Below are positions 25,166 through 37,590 of a stretch of DNA of 64,000 nucleotides, in pieces (the stretch's first letter is position 1; the number at the start of each line of letters is the position of its first letter). The notes under the pieces were generated by a model. That model was not told where the DNA came from. It made no database searches and worked only from the letters and a program-made list of their open reading frames with translations. Location of the stretch: assembly GCF_018977255.1 (NCBI RefSeq), contig NW_024704743.1:1798001-1862000 (forward strand). The letters run 5' to 3'. A program made the translations under genes and the position numbers. This stretch comes from Callorhinchus milii (lineage: Eukaryota).

Positions 25166-26511
25166 TTAATTCCCTCTGAGTAAGGAAATACTTCCCGGTC
25201 TCTGTCAGGAAATTGCCCTAAAATTGCAACTCTAAACCTGTGTCCTCTTGTTTGAATGTCTTGGGAGAGCCGGTATCGTTGCGGGAGTACTTTTTGAATC
25301 CCGTTTAAAAGTGATTCACCTCTATCTGGTCATCTTCCCTCAAGTCAGAAGAGCCTTCACCCCTCCGCGGAGTACTTGTGGTCGCTATTGTTTGGGACGT
25401 GGCGTGTTCAGGACTACGGAAAGCTCACCCTACGTGAAGCCAGTTGTTGTTACTTACAAAGAGACACTTAAACCCGAGGAACACGTTTCCTGGTGTCTTT
25501 TGTTGAGCGCAACTCCCTTCTGCTGGTTTACGTTGGATGTAACAAAAGGAAACCATGTTCTCATTCAAACCCCCCCCTAAAGCTATTGGCAAATTGGAAT
25601 AATTCATGAGACGCGAAGGGGAATGGATCCGGTTTTGACTCCTGGAGTGCTAGAGGTGAGATGGTTCGACACAATAATTATCACTGGACAACAACAACAA
25701 CAACAACAACAGATTGTGTTTATAAAGCGCCTTTCATGTCGGGGCGATGTCCCGAGGAGCTGGACAGTGGAAGGGTTTGGATCCGAGCTGGAGGCTGGAA
25801 TCGAGAGGGGTGGAGAGTCAGAGGGTTGGAGTGTGGCTGAAGCCGCGGTCAAAGAGGAGGGTCTTGAGACGGGTCTTCAAGGAGGCAAGGGAGTGGGGCG
25901 AGGTGAAGGGACTGCGGGGTGGAGTTCCAAAGGGTGGGGGTGGGGGGGGGGCAGAGTGGCTGAAGGCCCAACTGCTGATGATGGGGAAGAAGAACAGGTG
26001 GTTTCATGGCGTAGGTCAGTGTCTGCCATTAACTAACTCATCGCGGATAGCTGGCACCCTCCCTCCCTCCCTCCCTCTCTCCCTCCTGTACAGAGGAAAG
26101 GTATTACACCGTACAGTTTCTTTTCCGTGTCAGTTTTAGGGCCATAATAATAATAATAATAGTCCTGGCATCTGATACAGCACCTGATCACGTCTCAAAG
26201 CGGAATAGACGGTAAAGTGAAGTGACTGTGTATTTTGCGGGCGAAACGCGGCAGCCGATTGCACACAGCAGCGTCCCCGCAAACAGCCGTGGGATTGAAG
26301 TGACCAAATTATTACTATCCTTACCTCATCCTTGCTGGAGAAGCTTTCATCTTCAGAAGAGGCCTCAAAATGCTTCGCAGACTACACCGTCAAGCGTAGT
26401 GACTGCGTTTTGTGGGTGAACAGGACAGCCCCAGTCGCTCAAGGCAATGTTCCACAAACAGCCATGAAAAGCGAGTGACCAATTTTTTTTGGGGGCAGCT
26501 GTTGGCCAGGA

Positions 26512-26554
<43 letters not shown>

Positions 26555-27317
26555 GATCTTTAACAGATGGGACCACAGTTTAATGTCTTTATGAGTTCTA
26601 ATCCTGACGTGGGACTTTAACCCATGACCCTTTGTGTCTCCGCACTTTACAGTCACCTCCCGTGAAGAGCTTTGAGCCGTGTCCAGCCAACGCGAAAGGC
26701 ACAATATCAAATGCAACGATCACTGTTACATTTATAATTATTATTTAACCTTTGGATTAAAACGAAACTTATCTGTTGCTGTCACCCACTCCCATCCACA
26801 GGGCAAATGCAAACAGTCAGTAACAGTAGCAGTACCTTAGCGAACAGTCAGTAGGAATCCGGTGGTAAGTCGATGGGTGGATCACTTTTCCGCGGATAAT
26901 AATACCTAAACAAAATATTTAATAATAATTTGGTCACTCGATCCACGGCTGTTTGTGGGGGGACGCTGCTGTGCGCCATTGGCTGCCGCGTTTCGCCCAC
27001 AAAATACGCAGTCAATTCACTCTATCCTGTGAAGCGCTCGAAGATGTGATTAGGCGCTGTGTCAAATGCCAGGATTATTATTATTATAACATTATTATTA
27101 TTATCATTATCATCTCTAGAGCCTGTGCAGCTCATGATTATTCTGGTGATCAGAACTGCACGTAAGTGGTTCTCAACCACAGCACTCTTCAGCCTGATCC
27201 TGAATTCCGCAGATGTGAACTGAAATGATTTGCCGTGCAGCGCGGTAACCCCTGGCTTCTATATCGCTGCATCAAACTATCCCGCCAGGGAAAATAACGT
27301 GTCAACTAAACAGCATC

Positions 27318-27605
27318 AGCCTGGCCCTGTTGCTAGCAGCCTCGCCCTCCGAGTCCGAAGGTTGTGGATTCAAGCCCTCACGTTGGGTTTCATCCTTTGG
27401 ATGAGCCGTTAAACTGAGGCTCCGTCAGTACCGTCTGTTCAGGTGGACGTTAAAGATCCTGTGGCGACATTCGAGAAAGAGAAAGGAGTTTCTCTCTCTC
27501 TCTCTCTCCCGATGTTTTACCCGGCAATCCCCCCCCCCCCCCCACCCCCAAGTAGAAATAATTGGTCATTCGCTCCACGGCTGTTTGTGACACGTTGCTG
27601 CCACA
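27318..27605 (+). mobile_element. Older SacSINE1/DeuSINE-like SINE (different tRNA head)
   Basis: ctcgccctccgagtccgaaggttgtggattcaagccc...gatgagccgttaaactgaggc...ttcaggtggacgttaaagatcc. Related fragments at ~17785-17890, 34430-34580, 45400-45620, 47960-48035(-), 48925-48990, 49440-49505(-), 52125-52280, 60325-60380(-), 61585-61660. Confidence 0.75.
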
Positions 27606-28399
27606 TTCACATTCACATTCACTCCGGGGGTGATAAATAATTCCTGTCAAAAAAAGACAAAAGTTAATAAATCGGTCACTTCAACCCGCGGCTGTTTGCG
27701 GGGGACGCTGCTGTGTGCAATCGGCTGCCGAGTTTCACCCACAAAACATACGGTCAATTCGCTGTACAGTGTATCCCGTGAAGCCCCTTGAGACATCTCG
27801 AAGACGTGATCAGGCGCTGCATATATGTAATTTTGTTGTTGTATTGCTGTTGTTATTATTTTGTGGCTGAGCTGAATAATTTGCGCCCGGCGAGGTTCTG
27901 AAATACAACCGGGGCTGGTGTTGTTTTCATCATCAAGAGCCAAATTTTTTTTCAAAAAAAAATCTCCCACCTGGAATTACCTCTCTGGTTTGGTTTAAAA
28001 TAATAATAATAATAATAATAATAATACCCAAGTCCTGGTGGATTCATTTGAAAACTGTATATGCATTAAAATTGTAAACCTATTAAATATAGTAATGTGT
28101 ACGTGCACGAGAGAGCACACAGAAAATCGAAGCTTGTGCTCTCTTGGTGATAATAACCCTTGCGTCTGACCCAGCGCCTTTTGTCACGTCTTCGGGTACG
28201 TCTCAAAGCGCTTCACGGGATTGTACGGTAAAGCGAAGTGACTGTGCATTTTGTTGGGGGGGCGAAACGCGGCGGCCGATTTGCCCCCAGCAGCCAGCGT
28301 CCCCGCCGGCACCCGCGGATGGACTGTTTCAGCATCCGGGTCGAGTGAAAGGGGGCCGAGCCTCTTTGGTTGGGGGGGGGGGGGGGGGGGAGGTGGACT

Positions 28400-29100
28400 C
28401 TATTAATTACCTTGGAGGGGGGGTGGGGGGGGAGTCCTTGAGGGGGACATCCACCTGCCAGAACCCACCCCCTCCATCCATCCATCCATCAGTTCCACAG
28501 CAACTCCCATGATAAGTGAATGAGCCACCAGTCCCCTCTCTGCTCTGTGTGTCTGTCTCCTGGTACACGCTCAGTGGACAAGGACAGATGAGTGGTGATG
28601 GGGGGGTGAGCAGAGAGAGAGGGGGGGAGAGGGGGAGGGAGGGAGGGGAGAGAGAGAGAGAGGGAGGGAGAGAGAGAGGGGGAGGGAGGGGAGAGAGAGA
28701 GAGCTCAGATGGTTAGTTGGCTGGGAGCTGAGTTGCAGGTTCCTCTCCAGTTTATCAGTCACTGTGACGACTGTTTTGGTTGTAGCTCATTTAAGCCACA
28801 GAAGGTTCCTTCCATTTCCCTCTTCCCTCCCTCCCCTCTCTCTCTGTCTCTTTCTTTCTGTCTCTTCCTTCCTTTCTCTCTCTCTCTCTCTCTATCGGAA
28901 TCATCCTCTCAGGCACAGCAGAATAAGAGTGTTCTGCTTTCTATTTTTTAAACCCACACACACACACACCCTCTCTCTCTCTTTCTATCCATCTCTCACT
29001 CTCCATCTCTCTCCTCTTTATTTCACTGGTCCTCTCTCCCTCCATCTCTCTCCATCTTTCCCTCTCTCACTACATCTCTCTCTCTCTCTCTCTTTATCCA

Positions 29101-29132
<32 letters not shown>

Positions 29133-29410
29133 CCTCTCTCACTACATCTCTATCCCTCTCGCTCTCACTATCTCTCCATCCCTCCCTCCCTCTCTCCCTC
29201 CCTCTCTCTCACGACATCTCTCCCTCTCTCCATCCATCTCTCTCTCTCCCTCCCTCCCTCCTCCCCTCTCTACCCCCTCAGCTTTGGAGAAGACAAAAAA
29301 AACCCACAAAAAAGCTCCTGTTTTGCTGTTTACCCCCTCCACCCCCCCCACCCCCACCCCCACCCCCACCGCTGGGCATCTGTTGGGGGCAGAAACATTG
29401 GAGCCTCATC
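28400..29410 (+). promoter_or_regulatory. Putative DPP6-S promoter/5'UTR with GA-rich and CT-rich tracts
   Basis: Immediately upstream of the DPP6-S ATG and free of SINEs. Purine tract ~28610-28700, pyrimidine tract ~28810-29280. TSS not determinable. Confidence 0.55.
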
Positions 29411-29467
29411 ATGACCACTGCAAAGGATGGGTCATCTCAGGGGAAAAGTGGCCAACAGCAGGAGCAG
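29411..29467 (+). CDS. DPP6: DPP6 alternative first coding exon, DPP6-S/DPPX-S type (MTTAKDGSSQGKSGQQQEQ)
   Basis: ATG at 29411 (atcATGa), 19 codons, then CAG|GTATTT phase-0 donor. Resembles the mammalian DPP6-S N-terminus MTTAKEPSASGKSVQQQEQ (from memory) and splices in frame to exon 2. Confidence 0.93.
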
Positions 29468-29820
29468 GTATTTGTGAGCAGTTTATTCCCAGACTTTTCC
29501 TGGGCTCAATTTATTTCCTTTCTTAAGCTATTGTTATTCCTCCTTCCCCCCTCCCCATTCCCCCCCCATTCCCCCCCACCATCCCCCCTCCCCATCCTCT
29601 CCTCTCCTCTCCTGATGATGATCAACTTGTCGCATCCCAATGCATTGATAATGACAAAGCTCCTCAGTTGATCTGAGTATCTCTCACAGAGAGGCTTTAC
29701 TGTGTGTTATTATATATATATATATATATGTATGTACACACAGAGAGAGATTGTTGCTGCTGTGGACACTGAAATATTTTCAGGTCAGGATAATAGCTTT
29801 CAGATCAGAACATTAGATGT

Positions 29821-30020
29821 AGGGGGGTGTTGGGGTGGGGGGTGTTGGTGTTGTTGTGGGGGGTGGGGGTGTTGGGGTGGGGGTGTTGGGGTGGGGGGGG
29901 GGTGGGTGTTGGGGTGTTGTTGGGGTGGTGGGGGTGGGGGTGTTGGGGTGGGTGTTGTTGGGGTGGTGGGGGTGGGGGGTGAGGGGTGTTGGGGTGGGGG
30001 TGTTGGGGGCTGAGGTTGGG
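29821..30020 (+). repeat. G-rich (GGGGT/GTT) low-complexity tract, G-quadruplex potential
   Basis: Many runs of 4 or more G separated by short T-rich linkers. Confidence 0.9.
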
Positions 30021-30214
30021 GAAGGTGATTTATTGCTGCCCATTAGGCTTAAAACCTGCTTTAAAAGCTGCTGATTTGCCCCTCTCATGTTGTGTTGGGG
30101 TTCTCCCCCCCACCCCCCCCACCTCACCCCCCCCCACCCCCACCTCACCCCCCCCACCCTCCCACACCCCCACCCACCCCACCCCAAGCCCAGAGACAAG
30201 ACAACAGAAGGAAA

Positions 30215-31512
30215 GTTGCTGTGTGTGTGTGTGTGTTGCTGTGTGTGTGTGTTGCTGTAGCTGTGTGTGTGTTTTGCTGTGTGTGTATGTGTGGTTGTGT
30301 ATGTGTTGCTGTGTGTGTGTGTGTGTGGCTGTGGCTGTGTGTGTGGCTGTGGCTGTGTGTGTGTATGTGTGGCTGTGTGTGTTTTGCTGTGTGTGTGTGT
30401 GGCTGTGTATGTGTTGCTGTGTGTGTGTATGTGTGGCTGTGGCTGTGTGTGTGGCTGTGTATGTGTTGCTGTGTGTGTGTGGTTGTGTATGTGTTGCTGT
30501 GTGTGTGTCGTGTGGCTGTGGCTGTGTGTGTGGCTGTGTATGTGTTGCTGTGTGTGTTGCTGTGTGTATGTGTGGCTGTGTATGTGTTGCTGTGTGTGTG
30601 TATGTGTGGCTGTGGCTGTGTGTGTGGCTGTGTATGTGTTGCTGTGTGTGTTGCTGTGTGTGTATGTGGCTGTGTGTGTGTGTCGTGTGGCTGTGGCGTG
30701 TGGCGGTGGGTGTGTTTTTCGATGGCATCTGTGACATTATGTCCAGTGTATAGAAATTCACCCAATTTATCAGTCATTCACCCAAACCTGGTGTGCTGTG
30801 TTACTGTGTACTAGTGAGTGTCTGTCTGTGTGTGTGTGTGTGTGTGTTACTCTGTCTGTGAGTGTCTGTGTGACTCTGTGAATGTCTGTGTGACTCTGTC
30901 TGTGAGTGTCTGTGAGTATCTGTGTGTGTCTGTGAGTGTCTGTGTGACTCTGAGTGTCTGTGTGACTCTGTCTATGAGTGTCTGTGTGTGTCTGTGAGTG
31001 TCTGTGTGTGTCTGTGTGACTCTGAGTGTCTGTGTGACTCTGTCTGTGAGTGTGTCTGTGTGTGACTGTCTGTGAGTGTGTGTGCGTGACTCTGTCTGTC
31101 TGTCTGTCTGTGTGCGCGTGTGTGTGTACGTGACTCTGTCTGTGTGTGACTGTCTGTGTGTGTGTGGGTGTGCGCGCGCATGACTCTGTCTGTGTGTGGG
31201 TGTGTGCGTGACTCTCTGTGTGTGTGTGCGTGACTCTGTGTGTGTGTGTGAGCATGTGTGACTCTGTCTGTGTGTGTGTGTGTGCGTGACTCTGTCTGTG
31301 TGTGTGCATGCGTGACTGTGTGTGTGTGCGTGTGTGACTCTGTGGTTGTGTGCGTGTGTGACTCTGTGTGCACGTGCGTGACTGTCTGTGTGTGTTTGCG
31401 TGACTGTGTGCGTGTATGTGTGCGCGTGACTCTGTGTGCGTGACTCTGTGTGGTTGTGTGCGTGTGTGTGTGTGTATGTGCGCGTGACTCTGTGTGTGTG
31501 CATACCTGACTC

Positions 31513-31553
<41 letters not shown>

Positions 31554-32467
31554 GTGACTCTGTCTGTGTGTGTATGCGTGAGTAACTGTCTGTGTGTGCG
31601 TGCATGACTCTGTGTGTGTGTGTGTGTGTGTGCGTGCGTGACTCTGTGTGTGCGCGCGTGACTCTGTGTGTGCGCGCGTGACTGTGTGTGCGTGCGTGAC
31701 TCTGCGTGTGCGCGCGTGACTCTGCGTGTGTGCGCGTGACTCTGTGTGTGCGTGACTCTGTGTGTGCGTGACTCTGTGTGTGTGTGTGTGTGTGCGTCCG
31801 TGACTCTGCGTGTGTGCGCATGACTCTGCGTGTGTGTGCGTGACTCTGTGTGCGATGAGTGTGGAATGTGTGTGTGTTTGTGACAGAGATAGTGTGTTGG
31901 CTGTGAGTGTGTCAGTGCTCGTATTGTTAGTGTCAGTGTATGTGTGTATCTGTGAGCGACCGAGTGTCAATGTAAATCTGTCTGTGTGTGTGTATGTCTC
32001 AGTATGTTTGTGGTGTGTGTTAGTGTCAGTGTGTATCAGTGTTTCAGTATGTGCATCTGTGTGTGTGTGTGTATATGTGTTTCGGGGTGAGTGTGTGTGT
32101 GTGTTTCAGGATGAGTGTGTGTGTGTGTTTCAGGGTGTGTGTGTGTTTGAGTGTGCGTGTGTGTGTGTTTCAGGGTGAGTGCGCGTGTGTGTGTGCGCTT
32201 CAGGGTGCGCGCGCGGCCGTGTGTGTATTGTGTATAACATTGGGAGTGTGTTGGAACGCGTGTGTGCGTGAGTGAGTGAGTGTGTGTGTGAGTGAGTGTG
32301 TGTGTGTGTGTGTGTGTGAGTGTGTGTGTGTGTGTGAGTGTGTGTGTGTGAGTGTGTGTGTGTGTGTGTGAGTGTGTGAGTGTGTGAGTGTGTGTGTGTG
32401 TGAGTGTGCGAGTGAGTGTGTGTGTGTGTGTGTGTGAGTGTGTGTGTGAGTGTGAGTGTGTGTGTGT
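30215..32467 (+). repeat. ~2.2 kb TG-rich compound micro/minisatellite
   Basis: Sub-blocks with GCTGTGT (30215-30715), GTGACTCT (30815-31855), TTTCAGG (32080-32210) and GAGTGT (32265-32467) interruptions. Confidence 0.95.
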
Positions 32468-33465
32468 CGGGGCATCGCCAGTCCAGAGAAATCCACCACA
32501 CCCTCTGTACCCGGTTTCATTACTCAGTCACCGCCGCAACACTCCGTTGGTGTCTTTCCATCTCTGGTTTTGGTGCCTTATCTTTGATGTTGAACACGAA
32601 TGTCGAAGAAATATAATAATAACAGAATAATATAGTAATCATATAATATAATAATCCTCCCATTCGATCCAGAGCTTCATCACGTCCTCGAGACGTCTCA
32701 AAGCGCGTAATAATAAATATATATATATATATATATATCTCAATGGAGATTGGAGCCAAAGGTGTTGGGGGAGACGACCGGAGCAGTCTTGTCCCGTCAC
32801 CATCAGTGGCCGTTCCTTCAGCCACAACGCTCCGAACCTCTGGGCTCCCTCCGCCTGCTTCATCCGTCTTTAAATCCCACCCTGAGACCTCCCTCTTCGC
32901 CCGCACCTCGGGTCCCCTTCCCCCCTTCCCCCCCCTCTCTCCCTCGCCAGGCGTCCAAGCCCGCCACGGCTATTTGTGGGGACGCTGCTATGCGCAATTG
33001 GCTGCCGCCTTTCGCCCACAAATATACAGTCAGCCTAATGCCCCCTCCCACCCCCCCCCCAACCCCCCACCCCCTCCCCCCACCACCACCACCATTACCG
33101 TGCAGAGAATTTTCTACGCTGTGACTAAGAGAAAGGGAGTTTCTCTCTTCCCGCTGACCCAGCCGACAATCCCCCCCCCACCCCCCCACCATCCCCCCAA
33201 TAAAACCGCTCGTTCACTTTGTGGCTGTCTGTCGGACGTGGCGGTGGGGGGGACGGTCTCTACGCTTGCCTTCAAAACACATAGTCACCGTCCTTTACAG
33301 CAGCGTAGAGTGTGACTGTGTTACAACAGCTGTTACTGTCAATTGGTTCGAGACGTCTCGGCGACTTGATAAGGTGCAAGGATTATAGTTATCAGACGCT
33401 ATGAAGGTGGTGGAGAGACGCGATGTGCTTAGACCGGTTACTTATTTTGTTTTGCGCTCGTGCTG

Positions 33466-33860
33466 GAGTCCTGTTTCTCAGCGGGTTAGAGCCCTCGCCT
33501 CGCAAGCGAGAGGACCTGGGTTCGGTTCCCGGGCGGGACGGGACAGGACAGGGCGAAGCATTGGGCAAGTTTCCTTACTTCCTTACCTTGCTGTCTTCCT
33601 CGCCTCTGTTTACCAGCAGTCAATAGGGACCCGGTTGTTAGTCGATTAGGGGATCGCTTTTACGGGGGTAATAATCCCTTTTTAAAAAAATAAATAACTT
33701 GGTCACTCAACCCGCGGCTGTTTGCGGGGACGCTGCTGTGCGCAATCGGGTGCCGCGTTTCGCCCACAACATATACAGTCAATTCACTTTACAGTGTGTC
33801 CTGTGAAGCGCTTTGAGGCGCCTCGAAGGCGTGATAAACGCAAGGATTATTATTATTATT
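33466..33860 (+). mobile_element. Same SINE family, full length
   Basis: Head to tail; small GGGAC/GGACA expansion after the head. Confidence 0.88.
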
Positions 33861-34899
33861 CTCTGTGTGTAGATGTTCCTCCTAAATCCCCTGTTAGAGC
33901 TGTTGCTCTGGGATGCTGCCCAATGTGAAGGGCGCTATATAAATGCTGTTGTTACTGACCATCTTATATTGCTGCCCAACAAGTGGGAGCAGCCTCGGAA
34001 CATCCACCTTATCGAATGCTTTTATAATCTCAAACACCTCTTGTCCTCCTATTGCCTTATACCCTCTTCCCTATCCCCCATCCCACCAATACACAACAGT
34101 TTTTCCCGGTGGTGGTACCAACCGGGACGTGTTATAATAACAATCGTCCTTGCATTTGGTGTAGCGCCTTATCGCGTCCTCTAGACGTCTCGAAGCGCTT
34201 GACATGCAATGTATGCTAACCGCCATATACCACTTAGCGCTATCCACCAAGTCAGCTGCACGTGGTGTCTCTCGTCAGTCTGTGTCATTGCGTGTGATAT
34301 CGACTCCAAACAACGCAAGTCTCAAATCTGGTGAAAAAGCAAAAAAAAAAGCAGCAGCAATGTAGTTGAGGGAACCAAAGAGGTCATTTATTTCCCTCCC
34401 CCACCCCACCCCACCCCGTATGAAGCCACGCTCTGGCCTCTGAGGTAGAAGGTTGCCGATTCAAGCCTCGTGTCGGGGATTTCGAACTCGCTCAGTCTCG
34501 TCTCGGCTCACACTCCAGTGATTGTCCTTCTGATAAAGACGTTCAACCGAAGTCCCGTTTGCCTCTTCAGGTGAACGTTAAGTACAATACAAGGTGGTTG
34601 TCTTGCTCAATAATCCCCCCCCACTCCCACCCCCAAGTAAAATTGACCCATCACTCCCGTGGGCACATCGGCTGCTTTCTTTTACTGCCAAACGCACAGT
34701 CACTACAGCAAACCCTGTGCAGGGATTTTCTTAAAAATATATAAATGATCCTCGCATTTTGATGTCGCGGCTTCGAGACGTCTCAAAGCGCTTCACGGGA
34801 TACACTGTGAAGTGTCGTGACTGTGTGTTTGGTGGGCGAAACAGCGGCAGCCGATGTCAGTAGGACTGCGGTGGGCAAGTCCAGATCCACAGCTTCAGC

Positions 34900-35160
34900 T
34901 CCGCCAAAACAGGAGGACACAAGAGGACACAAGTTCAGGGATGTGAAGGGCAAATTCAAGACAGAAATAACAGGAAGTATTTCTTTACACAGAAGATAAT
35001 CGTCAGCGAGAATGAGTTACCAGGAAGAATGCCAAGATCAGGGACTCGTTCGGGAACCAGTCCGTAATCGTAAGATAGTCGGGGGGGGGGGGGGGAGGAT
35101 GAGATCAAATGAATTGAACATCTTTTTATCCTCTTTGGATATGAGGTGTATGTAGTGTAC
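34900..35160 (+). mobile_element. Degraded CR1 ORF2 3' fragment
   Basis: TRGHKFR.VKGKFKTE...YFFTQ motif. Confidence 0.7.
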
Positions 35161-36049
35161 AGCAATAAGAATAGTAATCCTGGCATTTGATACAGCCTCT
35201 TACCACGTCTTTGAGACGCCTCAGAGCGCTTCACAGGATAGACTGTAAAGCGAATTGACTGTAAAGCGAATTGTGGGTGAAACGCGGCAGCCGATTGCCC
35301 ACAGCAGCGTCCCCCACAAACAGGGGGGTGACGTGATGTTTTGCGTTGGGCAGCTTAACAACAACAACAACACGTGACATTTACGCACAGCGTCTTTCAC
35401 GTCAGGAGGACGTCCCAAGGCTCTGGACAGTCAGGGATCTGCACCCGAGCCGGTGGGTTGGGATCAGGAGGAGGGGGGGATTTGGAGGGTGTGGGCGGGG
35501 GTAAGGGGGTTGACTGAAGGCGCGGTCGAAGAGGAGGGTCTTGAGATGGGTCTTGATGGAGACATGCTGACACATCGAAAGCTTTCTGCCAAGACACACT
35601 GGGGGGGGGGGGATTGTTATTATTGTACACAAACGTGCAGTTAGGGCTCATATCCTCCCACCCTTTTCTCGATGAAGAAATCCGTTAAATACCACAAAAG
35701 TGCCCCCAATGTTAATCTCCCAGCAAGATCAGGCATCAATACAAGTGCAGTGTTGGAGAACGTACAAACTCCTATCCTCTCGTCCTCCACTATACTCTCC
35801 ACTGACCCCTGTGTCCGTCCCTCTATAATTGTCTTCGATCGGGCGAAGCCGGGGATCAAGTGTGAGGGATAGAAATCCTCTCAGGTTCTCTGTATCTCAC
35901 GAAAGATGAAATTGAGTTGGTTTAAGAACCTGGGATGGAGCCAGCGAAGTGTCAGCCGGGTGTCCTGCACAGGCACAAAGCACATCACCTCGCCTGAGAG
36001 TCTCCAAACCAGACCAGGGTTCCACATAAAAATAAGGCGTGGAGGCCGA

Positions 36050-36407
36050 TAGCACTCGCCTCGCAAGCGAGAGGACCCGGGTTTGATTCCCGGGCAGGTC
36101 AGGGCGAGACATTGGGCAAGTTTCCTCACTCCACACACACACACATACACACGCGCGCCTCTGTTTACCGGCAGTCAGTAGGAACTTGGTTGTTAGTCGA
36201 CTGGCGGATCGCTTTTCCGGGGGTAACAATCCCTTCAAAAAAAAATAATAATAATTTGGTCACTCAATCCATAGCTGTGCACAATCGGCTGCCGCGTTTC
36301 GCCCACAAAATACGCAGTCAATTCATTTTACAGCGTATCCTGTGAAGCGCTTTGAGACGTCTCGAAGACGTGATCAGGCGCTGTGTCAAATGCCGGGATT
36401 ATTATTT
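36050..36407 (+). mobile_element. Same SINE family
   Basis: Head partly truncated, intact tail. Confidence 0.88.
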
Positions 36408-37389
36408 CCCTTTGTTTGGTTTCTCTGTCTCCTCGAGTGACACTCATCTGATCCAGGAGGGTGTTAGGCACAAGTTTGTAATAGCCGTGGCTTGAGGACC
36501 CAGTTAGGCTTTAACCAGCTAAAGCTCCATTACTTGCCCTCGCTTTCCAGTGAAGGGCGCAATGCGAATGCAAGTTGTTGTTGTTGTTACTCCCTACACA
36601 AGGCTCTGAACACAGCAAGTAAGGAGCCTGCACTTGACACAGCCTCTTATCACGTCGGTGAGACGTCTCGAAACGCTTCACAGGTTACACTGTAAAGTGC
36701 AGTGACCACGTATTTTGAGGCCGATTGCTAGTTATCTATTTATCGATTGATTTATTGATGTGTTGATTGATTTATTGAATTATTTATGTCGAAGGAGTTA
36801 ATTCCATCCGGGATTGGAACCTGGGTCCTCTCGCTTGCGTTCATCCTACTTTCCAACCCCCCCGCCCCCTTTGTCGAGAGCGTTCGGGTGGAGGAGTGCG
36901 TGAGGGACTAGTGAGATGATGATTTGTCTTCATGGAGCTGGAGGCAAGCAGGCAGCGATTAATGTTTTATAACTTCAGTGGCTCATTCTCATCTGGTGCT
37001 CGGCTTTATTTTGGGGTTTTGTGCATCGTTGCTCCTCATCAGGTCTCAAAAGAAATCTCCAACCTCCACTGCGGGCGCTTGACAAAGCTCCTCACGTTAC
37101 AATTAAGGCTGTGTGTGTGCGTGTGTGTGTTTTTTTTACAGCAGGATATTTAAACCCACAGCCGTGAAAGAAATGCCATCTCCAACCGCTTTAGGAATAG
37201 ATGGAACAAAGGCCTGTGAGCAAATTCATACCATCCGAGTACAATGGGAATGTGTATTTATACCGTTAATTAAATGTTGCAAAGTGCCTGGCAAACCCCC
37301 CCCCCCCCCACCGCCATGATTTGAATTGAAAGGTACGCCATTTATACAGTCAATTCACCCTGCAAGTCAAAGCCCTAGTGGGTAGGAGG

Positions 37390-37590
37390 GTGAGGTCCTC
37401 TCTGGACGAGCAGCGGGAAAGCTTGGCCAGACAGCGCTCTCGATGGCCGAGCTGTGTGTGTGGGTTTAGCTGGTTAGACTCCAGCAGTTACCCCCAACGC
37501 ACACTCTGGGCCTCCCCCCTTCTCGCCAACCTGCGCCTAATAGCTTCCGAAATTAGGTAAGCGGGGGGTGTCCCTCCAGGGAGAGAGGGA
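37390..37590 (+). repeat. Unidentified dispersed repeat (other copies ~21660-21770 +, 36415-36560 -, 43333-43475 +, 56630-56880 +)
   Basis: Shared blocks gcagcgggaaag.ttggccagacag, gctggttagactccagca.ttacc and tcc(g/a)gaattaggt(a/g)ag. Confidence 0.7.

Noticed and set aside
29986..32616. Long His/Thr- or Cys/Val-rich ORFs (up to 332 aa); also 18282-18858 and 60922-61578
   Set aside because: Translations of TG/CA microsatellites that lack stop codons by composition.
35641..35872. Overlapping 66-72 aa ORFs in non-SINE sequence
   Set aside because: No recognisable motif or splice signals; could be an old TE fragment but unsupported.
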